Assembly (NCBI RefSeq): GCF_044324875.1
Contig: NZ_CP172185.1
Strand: one strand, 5' to 3'
Origin: Escherichia coli
GTDB lineage: Bacteria; Pseudomonadota; Gammaproteobacteria; Enterobacterales; Enterobacteriaceae
DNA: 64,000 nucleotides
Shown here: positions 23,999 through 37,733 of the stretch, one piece after another
Layout of the letters: the number at the start of each line of letters is the position of its first letter
Numbering within the stretch: the first letter of the stretch is position 1
Notes under the pieces: generated by a model
Seen by the model: the letters and a program-made list of their open reading frames with translations, nothing else
Database searches by the model: none
What the model was told of the DNA's origin: nothing
Position numbers and translations under genes: made by a program

Positions 23999-25216
23999 TT
24001 ACAGCTGATGATAACCAGAAAGGAAACGCGCGAACTTGCTCAAAGACAGCTCGATATCATCGACACGCGGTAGCGTGACAATGCGGAAGTGATCCGGCCA
24101 CGGCCAGTTGAATGCCGTCCCTTGCACCAACAGAACTTTTTCCTGCAACAGGAAATCCAGCACCATTTTCTGATCGTCGTGAATATTAAAGCGTTTGGCG
24201 TCGATTTTCGGGAACATGTACAGCGCACCACGAGGTTTCACGCAGGAAACGCCCGGAATATCATTGATCAATTCCCATGCGCGGTTACGCTGCTCATAAA
24301 GACGACCGCCAGGGGTAATAAATTCACTGATGCTCTGATAACCGCCTAGTGCAGTCTGAATGGCGTGTTGCGCAGGAACGTTAGCACACAAACGCATTGA
24401 AGCCAGCATTTCCAGACCTTCGATGTAACCTTTGGCGTGTTTTTTCGGCCCGTTCAACACCATCCACCCCTGACGGAAGCCAGCAACGCGGTACGTTTTC
24501 GACAGTCCGTTAAAGGTAATAGTCAGCAGATCAGGTGCCAGCGGCGCAATTGAGTGATGCTCAGCGTCGTCGTAGAGAATTTTGTCATAAATTTCATCGG
24601 CGAAGATAATGAGATTATGCTGACGTGCAATCTCCACTATCTCCATTAAAAGCTCTTTGGAATATACCGCGCCAGTTGGGTTATTTGGGTTGATAATAAC
24701 GATCCCACGCGTACGAGGCGTAATTTTAGCGCGAATATCATCAAGGTCCGGGAACCAGTCAGAGGATTCATCGCAAAGATAATGCACCGCTTTACCGCTG
24801 GAGAGCGAAACCGCCGCGGTCCATAGTGGGTAATCAGGTGCAGGAACCAACATTTCGTCGCCGCTGTTCAGCAATGCCTGCATTGCCTGAACGATAAGCT
24901 CCGATACACCATTGCCGATGTAAATATCTTCCACGGTAACATCACGCATGCCACGAGCCTGGTAGTGCTGCATGATGGCTTTACGCGCGGAGTAAAGCCC
25001 TTTGGAATCGCAATACCCTTGAGCGGTAGGCAGGTTGCGAATCACGTCAACGAGGATTTCATCTGGCGCGTCAAAACCGAACGGGGCAGGGTTGCCGATG
25101 TTCAGTTTCAGTACCTTGTTACCTTCTTCTTCCAGGCGTTTTGCTTCTTTCAGCACCGGACCACGGATGTCGTAACAGACATTCTCTAATTTGCTGGATT
25201 TTTCAATGGGGGACAT
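23999..25216 (-). CDS. alaA: glutamate-pyruvate aminotransferase (alanine transaminase)
   Basis: 405 aa class-I PLP aminotransferase; position between yfbR and lrhA. Confidence 0.9.
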   Translation of the reverse strand: MSPIEKSSKLENVCYDIRGPVLKEAKRLEEEGNKVLKLNIGNPAPFGFDAPDEILVDVIRNLPTAQGYCDSKGLYSARKAIMQHYQARGMRDVTVEDIYIGNGVSELIVQAMQALLNSGDEMLVPAPDYPLWTAAVSLSSGKAVHYLCDESSDWFPDLDDIRAKITPRTRGIVIINPNNPTGAVYSKELLMEIVEIARQHNLIIFADEIYDKILYDDAEHHSIAPLAPDLLTITFNGLSKTYRVAGFRQGWMVLNGPKKHAKGYIEGLEMLASMRLCANVPAQHAIQTALGGYQSISEFITPGGRLYEQRNRAWELINDIPGVSCVKPRGALYMFPKIDAKRFNIHDDQKMVLDFLLQEKVLLVQGTAFNWPWPDHFRIVTLPRVDDIELSLSKFARFLSGYHQL

Positions 25217-26132
25217 GAATCTTGACCTTTTTTGCTGTTATCGCCACTCCCTGCCGTGGAAGTCAGCTTAGAACAATGTACTCCCCCAGGACGGCGTTTT
25301 GAAGGTCTGCAGAATAAGATTTTGCCAGAGGGGAAGACTCGATTGTGCTGTTAATAACTTAATAATGGCAAAATAATGAGGTGTATATGCTTAGTAATTA
25401 ATGTTATGTAGTGAATTGTTCTGATTCTTAATTGTGAGTGTGGTTTTTTTATCTGTAAGATAATTGTTTGAAAATGCCTCGTTTAAGAATTCACTAATGA
25501 ATCGTGATGATGATATTTCCGCATTACGGAGAGTTTAACAGCGTGATGATTTCCGAGGTGTCGTAATGGGTGCAAGGTGTGAAACTATTGTTAAGCGGGA
25601 TTAATGAATGAGGATGATGCTAATTAATTATTATTTAATATTCAAAAAGGTTTTGTTGTGCTTATTAATAATAGAAGATTACTTTGCCTAACATAACATA
25701 ACTTTGCATCAGATAATTCGCAATGACCCTTATAAATAAAAGGTTTTTGGGGTAAAATGCTCGCATAAATGACGGATCCCTGCTCTTGATGCCGCCTCAC
25801 CATTGCTGTTTGTACGTGTTCGCGTATGACCAGCGATGCTGCACGAGAGTGGAACAAGGACTCACATTTACATTTATACAAACACGCGCATGTCATAAAT
25901 ACAAAAGAGTGAGTAACTTAATAGATATGCGATTCCTGAAGATATATTCTGTGATCTACTTCAGGCATTATAACGGAACAATGTGAGTCGCTTTTTTAGT
26001 GCAACTCATATGCATTTTTACTTTCGTCCGGGTTCCGGATGAAACTGCCAGGGAGGCACATTACAAATGGAATTGCTTGTTTGTGTGTGCACAGCATTAA
26101 CCAGCTCAGTATGAGCCGCCAGTAAGTGATAA

Positions 26133-27074
<942 letters not shown>

Positions 27075-27127
27075 TCGACGGACCATAGATAATTTCTGAG
27101 ACAATAGTGTAAAAACGAGCCGCTGGG

Positions 27128-27167
27128 GGTGTTTTAAACCCCAGCGGCTTTTTTTTAGTAAAAAGCC
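27128..27167 (+). terminator. rho-independent terminator after lrhA
   Basis: gccgctggggg-tgttttaaa-ccccagcggc followed by tttttttt. Confidence 0.8.
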
Positions 27168-27703
27168 TTCCTCGTATCGTGCAGAACGTACAAAACTGTT
27201 CATTTTTCAATCACCAGAGATTCACGTCCCGAACGCACAAATAATCGCCTGAAAAAAATCACCTGCTACAATGATGTTAAAAAATACGTAAATTTGTTGC
27301 TGCGTTTTTGTTATGGAATGACAAAAGCGTGTCACAGATCAAGAAAATACTCTCTTTTGGGGGGAGGAATCGACACAAATTCCTGTCAAAATAGACCCGT
27401 ATTTTTTCCATTGCTTCACAACGGACACGATTCAACAACATCTAATTATCCTGGAGTCGTCAAGGATCTGGGGTGAAAGGGCATTAAATGCTAATGGTGT
27501 TGATATTATGTAAACTAATGTGAAGAAACTTTTGTTAAAGTTGACAAAAGGTTATAGAAAGGAGTAAAAGACCACATCAATTAGCTGTATAAAAGAATTT
27601 CTACAGTGATTGTAAGGTTTTTTTTATTCCTCCCCATGAATCGATGTGGCGTCCATCTGCCGTGAAGAGCAGTGAATCTGGCGCTACTTTTGATGAGTAA
27701 GCA

Positions 27704-28147
27704 ATGAGTATGTCAACATCCACTGAAGTCATCGCTCATCACTGGGCATTCGCTATCTTTCTTATCGTTGCCATTGGCCTGTGTTGCCTGATGCTGGTAG
27801 GCGGTTGGTTTTTAGGCGGTCGCGCACGCGCAAGGTCGAAAAACGTTCCGTTTGAATCCGGTATCGACTCGGTCGGCTCCGCCCGCTTACGCCTGTCCGC
27901 CAAGTTTTATCTGGTGGCCATGTTCTTCGTTATCTTCGACGTTGAAGCGCTGTATCTGTTCGCATGGTCAACCTCTATCCGCGAAAGCGGCTGGGTAGGC
28001 TTTGTGGAAGCTGCAATTTTTATTTTTGTGTTACTGGCAGGTCTGGTTTATCTGGTGCGTATTGGCGCGCTGGACTGGACGCCCGCGCGTTCACGCCGCG
28101 AGCGTATGAACCCGGAAACGAACAGTATCGCTAATCGTCAACGCTAA
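27704..28147 (+). CDS. nuoA: NADH-quinone oxidoreductase subunit A
   Basis: 147 aa membrane subunit, first gene of a 13-gene cluster in canonical nuo order. Confidence 0.95.
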
Positions 28148-28162
28148 CCGCGAGGCATTAAG

Positions 28163-28825
28163 ATGGATTATACGCTCACCCGCATAGATCCCAACGGTGA
28201 GAACGACCGTTACCCCCTGCAAAAGCAGGAGATCGTAACCGACCCTCTGGAGCAAGAAGTTAACAAAAACGTGTTTATGGGCAAGCTCAATGACATGGTT
28301 AACTGGGGTCGTAAAAACTCAATTTGGCCGTATAACTTCGGTCTTTCCTGCTGTTACGTTGAGATGGTGACTTCGTTTACCGCGGTGCATGACGTGGCGC
28401 GTTTTGGCGCAGAAGTATTGCGTGCTTCGCCGCGTCAGGCTGACCTGATGGTCGTTGCAGGAACCTGCTTTACCAAAATGGCACCGGTTATTCAGCGTCT
28501 GTATGACCAGATGTTGGAACCAAAATGGGTTATCTCAATGGGTGCCTGTGCCAACTCCGGCGGTATGTACGATATTTATTCCGTTGTGCAGGGCGTCGAT
28601 AAATTCATCCCGGTTGATGTGTATATCCCGGGCTGCCCTCCGCGTCCTGAAGCGTACATGCAGGCACTGATGCTGTTGCAGGAATCTATCGGTAAAGAAC
28701 GTCGTCCGCTCTCCTGGGTGGTTGGCGATCAGGGCGTTTATCGCGCCAACATGCAATCAGAGCGCGAACGCAAGCGCGGTGAACGCATTGCCGTAACCAA
28801 CCTGCGTACACCTGACGAGATTTAA
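28163..28825 (+). CDS. nuoB: NADH-quinone oxidoreductase subunit B
   Basis: 220 aa; N2 Fe-S cluster cysteines ([18 protein letters not shown]). Confidence 0.95.
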
Positions 28826-28918
28826 TTTGCGCCTGTCGGCAAAGGGATTTTTCTTCGCTTATTCCTAAATCTATTTCGCGAAGCTTACTGCGCCGACAGT
28901 CACCACGGACCATTTGCA

Positions 28919-30721
28919 ATGGTGAACAATATGACCGACTTAACCGCGCAAGAACCCGCCTGGCAGACCCGCGATCATCTTGATGATCCGGTGATTGGCG
29001 AACTGCGCAACCGTTTTGGGCCGGATGCCTTTACTGTTCAGGCGACTCGCACCGGGGTTCCCGTTGTGTGGATCAAGCGTGAACAATTACTGGAAGTGGG
29101 CGATTTCTTAAAGAAACTGCCGAAACCTTACGTCATGCTGTTTGACTTACACGGCATGGACGAACGTCTGCGCACACACCGCGAAGGGTTACCTGCCGCG
29201 GATTTTTCCGTTTTCTACCATCTGATTTCTATCGATCGTAACCGCGACATCATGCTGAAGGTGGCGCTGGCAGAAAACGACCTGCACGTACCGACCTTCA
29301 CCAAACTGTTCCCGAACGCTAACTGGTATGAGCGTGAAACCTGGGATCTGTTTGGCATTACTTTCGACGGTCACCCGAACCTGCGCCGCATCATGATGCC
29401 GCAAACCTGGAAAGGTCACCCGCTGCGTAAAGATTATCCGGCGCGCGCTACCGAATTCTCGCCGTTTGAGCTGACCAAAGCCAAACAGGACCTGGAGATG
29501 GAAGCCCTGACCTTCAAACCGGAAGAGTGGGGGATGAAGCGCGGCACCGAAAACGAGGACTTCATGTTCCTCAACCTCGGCCCGAACCACCCGTCGGCGC
29601 ACGGGGCTTTCCGTATCGTTTTGCAGCTCGATGGCGAAGAGATTGTCGACTGCGTACCAGACATCGGCTACCACCACCGTGGTGCGGAGAAAATGGGCGA
29701 GCGCCAGTCCTGGCATAGCTACATTCCGTATACCGACCGTATCGAATACCTCGGCGGCTGCGTTAACGAAATGCCTTACGTGCTGGCTGTAGAGAAACTG
29801 GCCGGGATCACCGTGCCGGATCGCGTTAACGTCATTCGCGTAATGCTTTCTGAGCTGTTCCGCATCAACAGCCATCTGCTGTATATCTCCACCTTTATTC
29901 AGGACGTCGGCGCGATGACGCCAGTGTTCTTCGCCTTTACCGATCGTCAGAAAATTTACGATCTGGTGGAAGCAATCACTGGTTTTCGTATGCACCCGGC
30001 GTGGTTCCGTATTGGCGGCGTAGCGCACGACCTGCCGCGTGGCTGGGATCGCCTGCTGCGTGAGTTCCTCGACTGGATGCCGAAACGTCTGGCGTCTTAC
30101 GAGAAAGCGGCGCTGCAAAACACCATTCTGAAAGGTCGTTCCCAGGGCGTTGCCGCCTATGGCGCGAAAGAGGCGCTGGAGTGGGGCACCACCGGCGCGG
30201 GCCTGCGTGCTACCGGGATCGACTTCGACGTGCGTAAGGCGCGTCCGTATTCTGGCTATGAAAACTTCGACTTTGAAATTCCGGTGGGCGGTGGTGTTTC
30301 TGACTGCTACACCCGCGTAATGCTGAAAGTAGAAGAGTTGCGCCAGAGTCTGCGCATTCTTGAGCAGTGCCTCAACAACATGCCGGAAGGCCCGTTCAAA
30401 GCGGATCACCCGCTGACCACGCCGCCGCCGAAAGAGCGCACGCTGCAACATATCGAAACCCTGATCACCCACTTCCTGCAAGTGTCGTGGGGTCCGGTGA
30501 TGCCTGCCAATGAATCCTTCCAGATGATTGAGGCGACCAAAGGGATCAACAGTTACTACCTGACCAGCGACGGTAGCACCATGAGTTATCGCACCCGTAT
30601 CCGCACGCCGAGTTATGCGCATTTGCAGCAAATTCCGGCGGCGATCCGCGGCAGCCTGGTGTCTGACCTGATTGTTTATCTGGGCAGTATCGATTTTGTT
30701 ATGTCAGATGTGGACCGCTAA
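28919..30721 (+). CDS. nuoC: NADH-quinone oxidoreductase subunit C/D (fused)
   Basis: 600 aa single ORF covering the 30 kDa (C) and 49 kDa (D) subunit homologues. Confidence 0.95.
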
Positions 30722-30723
30722 TT

Positions 30724-31224
30724 ATGCACGAGAATCAACAACCACAAACCGAGGCTTTTGAGCTGAGTGCGGCAGAGCGTGAAGCGATTGAGCACGAGAT
30801 GCACCACTACGAAGACCCGCGTGCGGCGTCCATTGAAGCGCTGAAAATCGTTCAGAAGCAGCGTGGCTGGGTGCCGGATGGCGCGATCCACGCGATCGCC
30901 GATGTGCTGGGTATTCCGGCGAGCGACGTCGAAGGCGTGGCAACGTTCTACAGCCAGATCTTCCGCCAGCCGGTTGGCCGCCATGTGATCCGTTATTGCG
31001 ACAGCGTGGTCTGTCATATCAACGGTTATCAGGGTATTCAGGCGGCGCTCGAGAAAAAGCTGAACATCAAACCAGGGCAAACGACATTTGATGGCCGCTT
31101 TACGCTGCTGCCAACTTGCTGCCTGGGGAACTGTGATAAAGGGCCAAACATGATGATCGATGAGGACACTCACGCGCATCTGACCCCGGAAGCGATCCCT
31201 GAACTGCTGGAGCGGTATAAATGA
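30724..31224 (+). CDS. nuoE: NADH-quinone oxidoreductase subunit E
   Basis: 166 aa thioredoxin-like 2Fe-2S subunit. Confidence 0.95.
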
Positions 31225-32558
31225 AAAACATTATCCGTACTCCCGAAACGCATCCGCTGACCTGGCGTCTGCGCGATGACAAACAGCCAGTGTGGCTGGA
31301 CGAATACCGCAGCAAAAACGGTTACGAAGGGGCGCGTAAGGCGCTGACCGGGCTGTCTCCGGACGAAATCGTTAATCAGGTAAAAGACGCTGGTCTGAAA
31401 GGGCGCGGCGGCGCGGGCTTTTCGACTGGCCTGAAGTGGAGCCTGATGCCGAAAGACGAATCCATGAACATCCGTTACCTGCTGTGTAACGCCGATGAAA
31501 TGGAACCGGGCACCTATAAAGACCGCCTGTTGATGGAGCAACTGCCGCACCTGCTGGTGGAAGGTATGCTTATCTCCGCGTTTGCGCTGAAAGCTTACCG
31601 TGGCTACATCTTCCTGCGTGGCGAATATATTGAAGCGGCAGTGAATCTGCGCCGCGCCATTGCCGAAGCGACTGAAGCGGGCTTGCTTGGCAAAAACATT
31701 ATGGGAACAGGTTTCGACTTCGAACTGTTCGTCCATACCGGTGCAGGGCGCTACATCTGCGGGGAAGAAACAGCGTTAATCAACTCCCTGGAAGGGCGTC
31801 GTGCTAACCCACGCTCGAAACCCCCCTTCCCGGCAACCTCCGGCGTATGGGGCAAACCGACCTGTGTCAATAACGTCGAAACCCTGTGTAACGTTCCGGC
31901 GATCCTTGCTAACGGCGTGGAGTGGTATCAGAACATCTCGAAAAGTAAAGATGCTGGCACCAAGCTGATGGGCTTCTCCGGTCGGGTGAAAAATCCGGGC
32001 CTGTGGGAACTGCCGTTCGGCACCACCGCTCGCGAGATCCTCGAAGATTACGCCGGTGGTATGCGTGACGGTCTGAAATTCAAAGCCTGGCAGCCAGGCG
32101 GTGCGGGTACTGACTTCCTGACTGAAGCGCACCTTGACCTGCCGATGGAATTCGAAAGTATCGGTAAAGCGGGAAGCCGTCTGGGTACGGCGCTGGCGAT
32201 GGCGGTTGACCATGAGATCAACATGGTGTCGCTGGTGCGTAACCTGGAAGAGTTTTTCGCCCGTGAGTCCTGTGGCTGGTGTACGCCGTGCCGCGACGGT
32301 CTGCCGTGGAGCGTGAAAATTCTGCGCGCGCTGGAGCGTGGCGAAGGTCAGCCGGGCGATATCGAAACACTTGAGCAACTGTGTCGATTCTTAGGCCCGG
32401 GTAAAACTTTCTGTGCCCACGCACCTGGTGCAGTGGAGCCGTTACAGAGCGCCATCAAATATTTCCGCGAAGAATTTGAGGCGGGAATCAAACAGCCGTT
32501 CAGCAATACCCATTTGATTAATGGGATTCAGCCGAACCTGCTGAAAGAGCGCTGGTAA
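31221..32558 (+). CDS. nuoF: NADH-quinone oxidoreductase subunit F
   Basis: 445 aa NADH/FMN-binding subunit ([10 protein letters not shown] motif); ATGA overlap with nuoE. Confidence 0.95.
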   Translation: MKNIIRTPETHPLTWRLRDDKQPVWLDEYRSKNGYEGARKALTGLSPDEIVNQVKDAGLKGRGGAGFSTGLKWSLMPKDESMNIRYLLCNADEMEPGTYKDRLLMEQLPHLLVEGMLISAFALKAYRGYIFLRGEYIEAAVNLRRAIAEATEAGLLGKNIMGTGFDFELFVHTGAGRYICGEETALINSLEGRRANPRSKPPFPATSGVWGKPTCVNNVETLCNVPAILANGVEWYQNISKSKDAGTKLMGFSGRVKNPGLWELPFGTTAREILEDYAGGMRDGLKFKAWQPGGAGTDFLTEAHLDLPMEFESIGKAGSRLGTALAMAVDHEINMVSLVRNLEEFFARESCGWCTPCRDGLPWSVKILRALERGEGQPGDIETLEQLCRFLGPGKTFCAHAPGAVEPLQSAIKYFREEFEAGIKQPFSNTHLINGIQPNLLKERW

Positions 32559-32610
32559 CCGAATTTCGATTAACGCTCAGTCTCTGACTGAGAAAACTGG
32601 AAGCATGCTA

Positions 32611-35337
32611 ATGGCTACAATTCATGTAGACGGCAAAGAATACGAGGTCAACGGAGCGGACAACCTGCTGGAAGCTTGTCTGTCTCTGGGCCTTGATATT
32701 CCTTACTTTTGCTGGCATCCGGCGCTGGGAAGCGTCGGTGCTTGCCGCCAGTGTGCGGTGAAGCAATACCAAAACGCGGAAGACACGCGTGGTCGCCTGG
32801 TGATGTCCTGTATGACACCGGCTTCCGATGGCACCTTTATTTCCATTGACGATGAAGAAGCGAAACAGTTCCGTGAAAGTGTGGTCGAGTGGTTAATGAC
32901 CAACCACCCGCACGATTGTCCGGTATGTGAAGAAGGCGGTAACTGCCATCTTCAGGATATGACCGTGATGACCGGACACAGCTTCCGTCGCTACCGTTTC
33001 ACCAAACGTACCCACCGTAATCAGGATTTGGGGCCATTCATCTCTCACGAAATGAACCGCTGCATCGCCTGCTACCGCTGCGTGCGTTACTACAAAGATT
33101 ACGCTGACGGCACGGACCTGGGCGTTTACGGTGCACACGACAACGTCTACTTCGGTCGCCCGGAAGACGGCACGCTGGAAAGCGAATTTTCCGGTAACCT
33201 GGTCGAAATTTGCCCGACCGGCGTATTTACCGACAAAACGCACTCCGAGCGTTACAACCGTAAATGGGATATGCAGTTTGCGCCGAGCATCTGCCAGCAA
33301 TGTTCCATCGGCTGTAACATCAGCCCCGGCGAGCGTTATGGCGAACTGCGTCGAATCGAAAACCGTTACAACGGTACAGTAAACCACTACTTCCTCTGCG
33401 ACCGTGGTCGTTTCGGTTACGGTTACGTCAACCTGAAAGATCGTCCGCGTCAGCCAGTACAGCGTCGTGGCGATGATTTCATTACCCTCAATGCCGAACA
33501 GGCAATGCAGGGCGCAGCAGATATTCTGCGTCAGTCGAAGAAAGTGATCGGCATCGGTTCTCCGCGTGCCAGCGTGGAAAGCAACTTTGCGCTGCGTGAG
33601 CTGGTGGGCGAAGAAAACTTCTACACCGGTATCGCTCACGGTGAGCAGGAACGTCTGCAACTGGCGCTGAAAGTGCTGCGTGAAGGCGGCATTTATACGC
33701 CGGCACTGCGCGAAATCGAATCTTACGATGCGGTACTGGTGCTGGGCGAAGACGTTACCCAGACCGGTGCGCGCGTCGCGCTGGCAGTGCGTCAGGCGGT
33801 GAAAGGTAAAGCGCGCGAAATGGCGGCAGCACAGAAAGTGGCTGACTGGCAGATTGCGGCAATCCTCAACATCGGTCAACGTGCGAAGCATCCGCTGTTT
33901 GTTACCAACGTTGATGATACCCGTCTGGATGATATCGCGGCGTGGACTTACCGCGCACCGGTTGAAGATCAGGCGCGTTTAGGTTTTGCCATCGCCCATG
34001 CGCTGGATAACTCCGCGCCAGCGGTTGACGGAATCGAACCTGAGCTGCAAAGCAAAATCGACGTCATCGTGCAGGCTCTGGCGGGTGCGAAGAAACCGTT
34101 GATTATCTCCGGGACGAACGCTGGTAGCGCTGAAGTGATTCAGGCTGCGGCTAACGTGGCGAAAGCCCTGAAAGGTCGCGGCGCTGACGTCGGTATCACC
34201 ATGATTGCTCGCTCTGTAAACAGTATGGGGCTGGGCATTATGGGCGGTGGATCACTTGAAGAAGCGTTAACCGAACTGGAAACCGGACGCGCCGACGCGG
34301 TGGTGGTGCTGGAAAACGATCTGCATCGTCACGCTTCCGCTACCCGCGTGAATGCTGCGCTGGCGAAAGCGCCGCTGGTGATGGTGGTTGACCATCAACG
34401 CACGGCGATTATGGAAAACGCCCATCTGGTGCTTTCTGCTGCCAGCTTTGCTGAAAGCGACGGTACGGTGATCAACAACGAAGGCCGCGCCCAACGTTTC
34501 TTCCAGGTTTACGATCCGGCCTATTACGACAGCAAAACTGTCATGCTGGAAAGCTGGCGCTGGTTACACTCGCTGCACAGCACCCTGCTGAGCCGTGAAG
34601 TGGACTGGACGCAGCTCGACCATGTGATTGACGCTGTTGTGGCGAAAATCCCGGAGCTGGCAGGTATCAAAGATGCTGCGCCGGATGCGACATTCCGTAT
34701 CCGTGGACAGAAACTGGCCCGTGAACCACACCGTTACAGCGGTCGTACCGCCATGCGCGCCAACATCAGCGTTCATGAGCCGCGTCAGCCGCAGGATATT
34801 GACACCATGTTCACCTTCTCGATGGAAGGTAACAACCAGCCGACCGCGCACCGTTCGCAAGTGCCGTTTGCCTGGGCACCGGGCTGGAACTCCCCGCAGG
34901 CGTGGAACAAATTCCAGGACGAAGTGGGCGGCAAACTGCGCTTTGGCGATCCGGGCGTGCGTCTGTTTGAAACCAGCGAAAACGGTCTGGATTACTTCAC
35001 CAGCGTACCGGCACGCTTCCAGCCGCAGGACGGGAAATGGCGTATCGCGCCGTATTACCACCTGTTTGGCAGCGATGAATTGTCACAGCGTGCTCCGGTC
35101 TTCCAGAGCCGTATGCCGCAGCCGTACATCAAACTCAACCCAGCGGATGCCGCGAAGTTGGGTGTGAACGCGGGTACACGCGTCTCCTTTAGTTACGATG
35201 GCAACACGGTCACGCTGCCGGTTGAAATCGCCGAAGGGCTGACGGCAGGGCAGGTGGGCTTGCCGATGGGTATGTCCGGCATTGCTCCGGTGCTGGCGGG
35301 CGCGCATCTTGAGGATCTCAAGGAGGCACAACAATGA
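32611..35337 (+). CDS. nuoG: NADH-quinone oxidoreductase subunit G
   Basis: 908 aa from ATG at 32611 ([11 protein letters not shown]...); N-terminal 2Fe-2S and 4Fe-4S cysteine motifs; track ORF starts 6 nt earlier. Confidence 0.95.
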
Positions 35338-36311
35338 GTTGGATATCACCGGAACTGATTGAGATCCTGCTGACCATCCTCAAAGCGGTGGTGATCCTGC
35401 TGGTGGTTGTCACCTGTGGGGCATTCATGAGCTTTGGCGAACGTCGCCTGCTGGGTCTGTTCCAGAACCGTTACGGACCTAACCGTGTTGGCTGGGGCGG
35501 TTCGCTCCAGCTGGTCGCGGACATGATCAAGATGTTCTTTAAAGAAGACTGGATCCCGAAATTCTCGGATCGCGTCATCTTTACCCTGGCACCGATGATT
35601 GCCTTTACCTCGCTGCTGCTGGCCTTTGCGATTGTGCCAGTCAGCCCAGGTTGGGTGGTTGCCGACCTGAACATCGGGATTTTGTTCTTCCTGATGATGG
35701 CCGGTCTGGCGGTCTACGCGGTGCTGTTTGCGGGCTGGTCAAGTAACAACAAATACTCGCTGCTGGGTGCGATGCGTGCTTCTGCGCAGACTCTGAGCTA
35801 CGAAGTGTTCCTCGGGCTTTCCCTGATGGGCGTGGTGGCGCAGGCCGGTTCATTCAACATGACCGACATCGTTAACAGCCAGGCGCATGTGTGGAACGTC
35901 ATCCCGCAATTCTTTGGTTTTATTACCTTTGCCATCGCGGGCGTGGCGGTGTGTCACCGTCACCCGTTTGACCAGCCGGAAGCCGAGCAGGAACTGGCGG
36001 ATGGTTACCACATTGAATATTCCGGTATGAAGTTCGGTCTGTTCTTCGTGGGTGAGTACATCGGGATTGTGACCATCTCCGCATTGATGGTGACGCTGTT
36101 CTTCGGTGGCTGGCAAGGCCCGTTGTTACCGCCATTCATCTGGTTCGCGCTGAAAACCGCGTTCTTTATGATGATGTTCATTTTGATTCGTGCGTCGTTA
36201 CCGCGTCCGCGTTATGACCAGGTAATGTCCTTCGGCTGGAAAATCTGCCTGCCGCTGACGCTGATCAACTTGCTGGTAACGGCGGCTGTCATTCTCTGGC
36301 AGGCGCAATAA
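35334..36311 (+). CDS. nuoH: NADH-quinone oxidoreductase subunit H
   Basis: 325 aa polytopic membrane subunit; 4 bp overlap with nuoG. Confidence 0.95.
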
Positions 36312-36325
36312 GGGGCAATAAGACC

Positions 36326-36868
36326 ATGACCTTAAAAGAATTGTTAGTAGGTTTCGGCACCCAGGTTCGTAGTATCTGGATGATCGGCCTGCACGCGTTC
36401 GCCAAACGCGAAACGCGAATGTACCCGGAAGAGCCGGTCTATCTGCCGCCCCGTTATCGTGGTCGTATCGTTCTGACCCGCGATCCGGACGGCGAAGAGC
36501 GTTGCGTAGCCTGTAACCTCTGTGCGGTAGCCTGCCCGGTCGGCTGTATCTCGCTGCAAAAAGCAGAAACCAAAGACGGTCGCTGGTATCCGGAATTTTT
36601 CCGCATCAACTTCTCACGCTGCATTTTCTGTGGCCTGTGCGAAGAAGCCTGTCCGACCACGGCGATTCAGTTAACCCCGGATTTCGAAATGGGGGAATAC
36701 AAGCGCCAGGATCTGGTTTACGAGAAAGAGGATCTGCTGATCTCCGGTCCGGGCAAATACCCGGAATATAACTTCTACCGGATGGCAGGTATGGCAATCG
36801 ACGGCAAAGATAAGGGCGAAGCAGAGAACGAAGCCAAGCCTATCGACGTCAAGAGCCTGTTACCGTAA
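36326..36868 (+). CDS. nuoI: NADH-quinone oxidoreductase subunit I
   Basis: 180 aa; two 4Fe-4S ferredoxin motifs ([24 protein letters not shown]). Confidence 0.95.
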
Positions 36869-36879
36869 GGAGAGGGGCA

Positions 36880-37434
36880 ATGGAGTTCGCTTTTTATATC
36901 TGTGGCCTGATAGCCATACTTGCGACCTTGCGAGTGATCACCCATACCAATCCGGTACACGCACTGCTGTACCTGATTATTTCGCTGCTGGCGATCTCTG
37001 GGGTGTTCTTCTCACTGGGCGCTTACTTCGCCGGTGCGCTGGAAATTATCGTCTACGCGGGTGCCATTATGGTGCTGTTCGTGTTCGTGGTGATGATGCT
37101 CAACCTGGGCGGTTCAGAAATTGAACAGGAACGCCAGTGGCTGAAACCGCAGGTGTGGATTGGTCCGGCGATTTTGTCGGCCATCATGCTGGTGGTGATT
37201 GTTTACGCCATTCTCGGTGTTAACGATCAAGGTATCGACGGTACGCCAATCAGTGCTAAAGCAGTGGGTATTACGCTGTTCGGGCCTTACGTACTGGCGG
37301 TGGAACTGGCTTCTATGCTGCTGCTCGCGGGTCTGGTTGTGGCCTTCCACGTCGGTCGTGAAGAGCGTGCGGGTGAAGTGCTGAGCAATCGTAAAGACGA
37401 CAGCGCGAAAAGAAAAACGGAGGAGCACGCATGA
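36880..37434 (+). CDS. nuoJ: NADH-quinone oxidoreductase subunit J
   Basis: 184 aa membrane subunit. Confidence 0.95.
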
Positions 37435-37733
37435 TCCCCTTACAACATGGACTGATCCTCGCGGCAATCTTATTCGTTCTTGGCTTAACCGGTCTGGTTA
37501 TCCGTCGCAATCTGCTGTTTATGCTGATTGGTCTGGAAATCATGATTAACGCCTCCGCGCTGGCCTTTGTGGTCGCCGGAAGCTACTGGGGCCAGACCGA
37601 CGGTCAGGTGATGTACATTCTCGCCATCAGCCTCGCGGCGGCAGAAGCGAGTATCGGCCTAGCGCTGCTGCTGCAACTTCACCGTCGTCGCCAGAACCTG
37701 AACATTGATTCAGTAAGTGAGATGCGCGGATGA
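37431..37733 (+). CDS. nuoK: NADH-quinone oxidoreductase subunit K
   Basis: 100 aa membrane subunit; 4 bp overlaps with nuoJ and nuoL. Confidence 0.95.

Noticed and set aside
29189-30631. 480 aa ORF on the minus strand
   Set aside because: Antisense shadow of nuoC; Arg-rich translation typical of a non-coding frame
32893-33891. 332 aa ORF on the minus strand
   Set aside because: Antisense shadow inside nuoG
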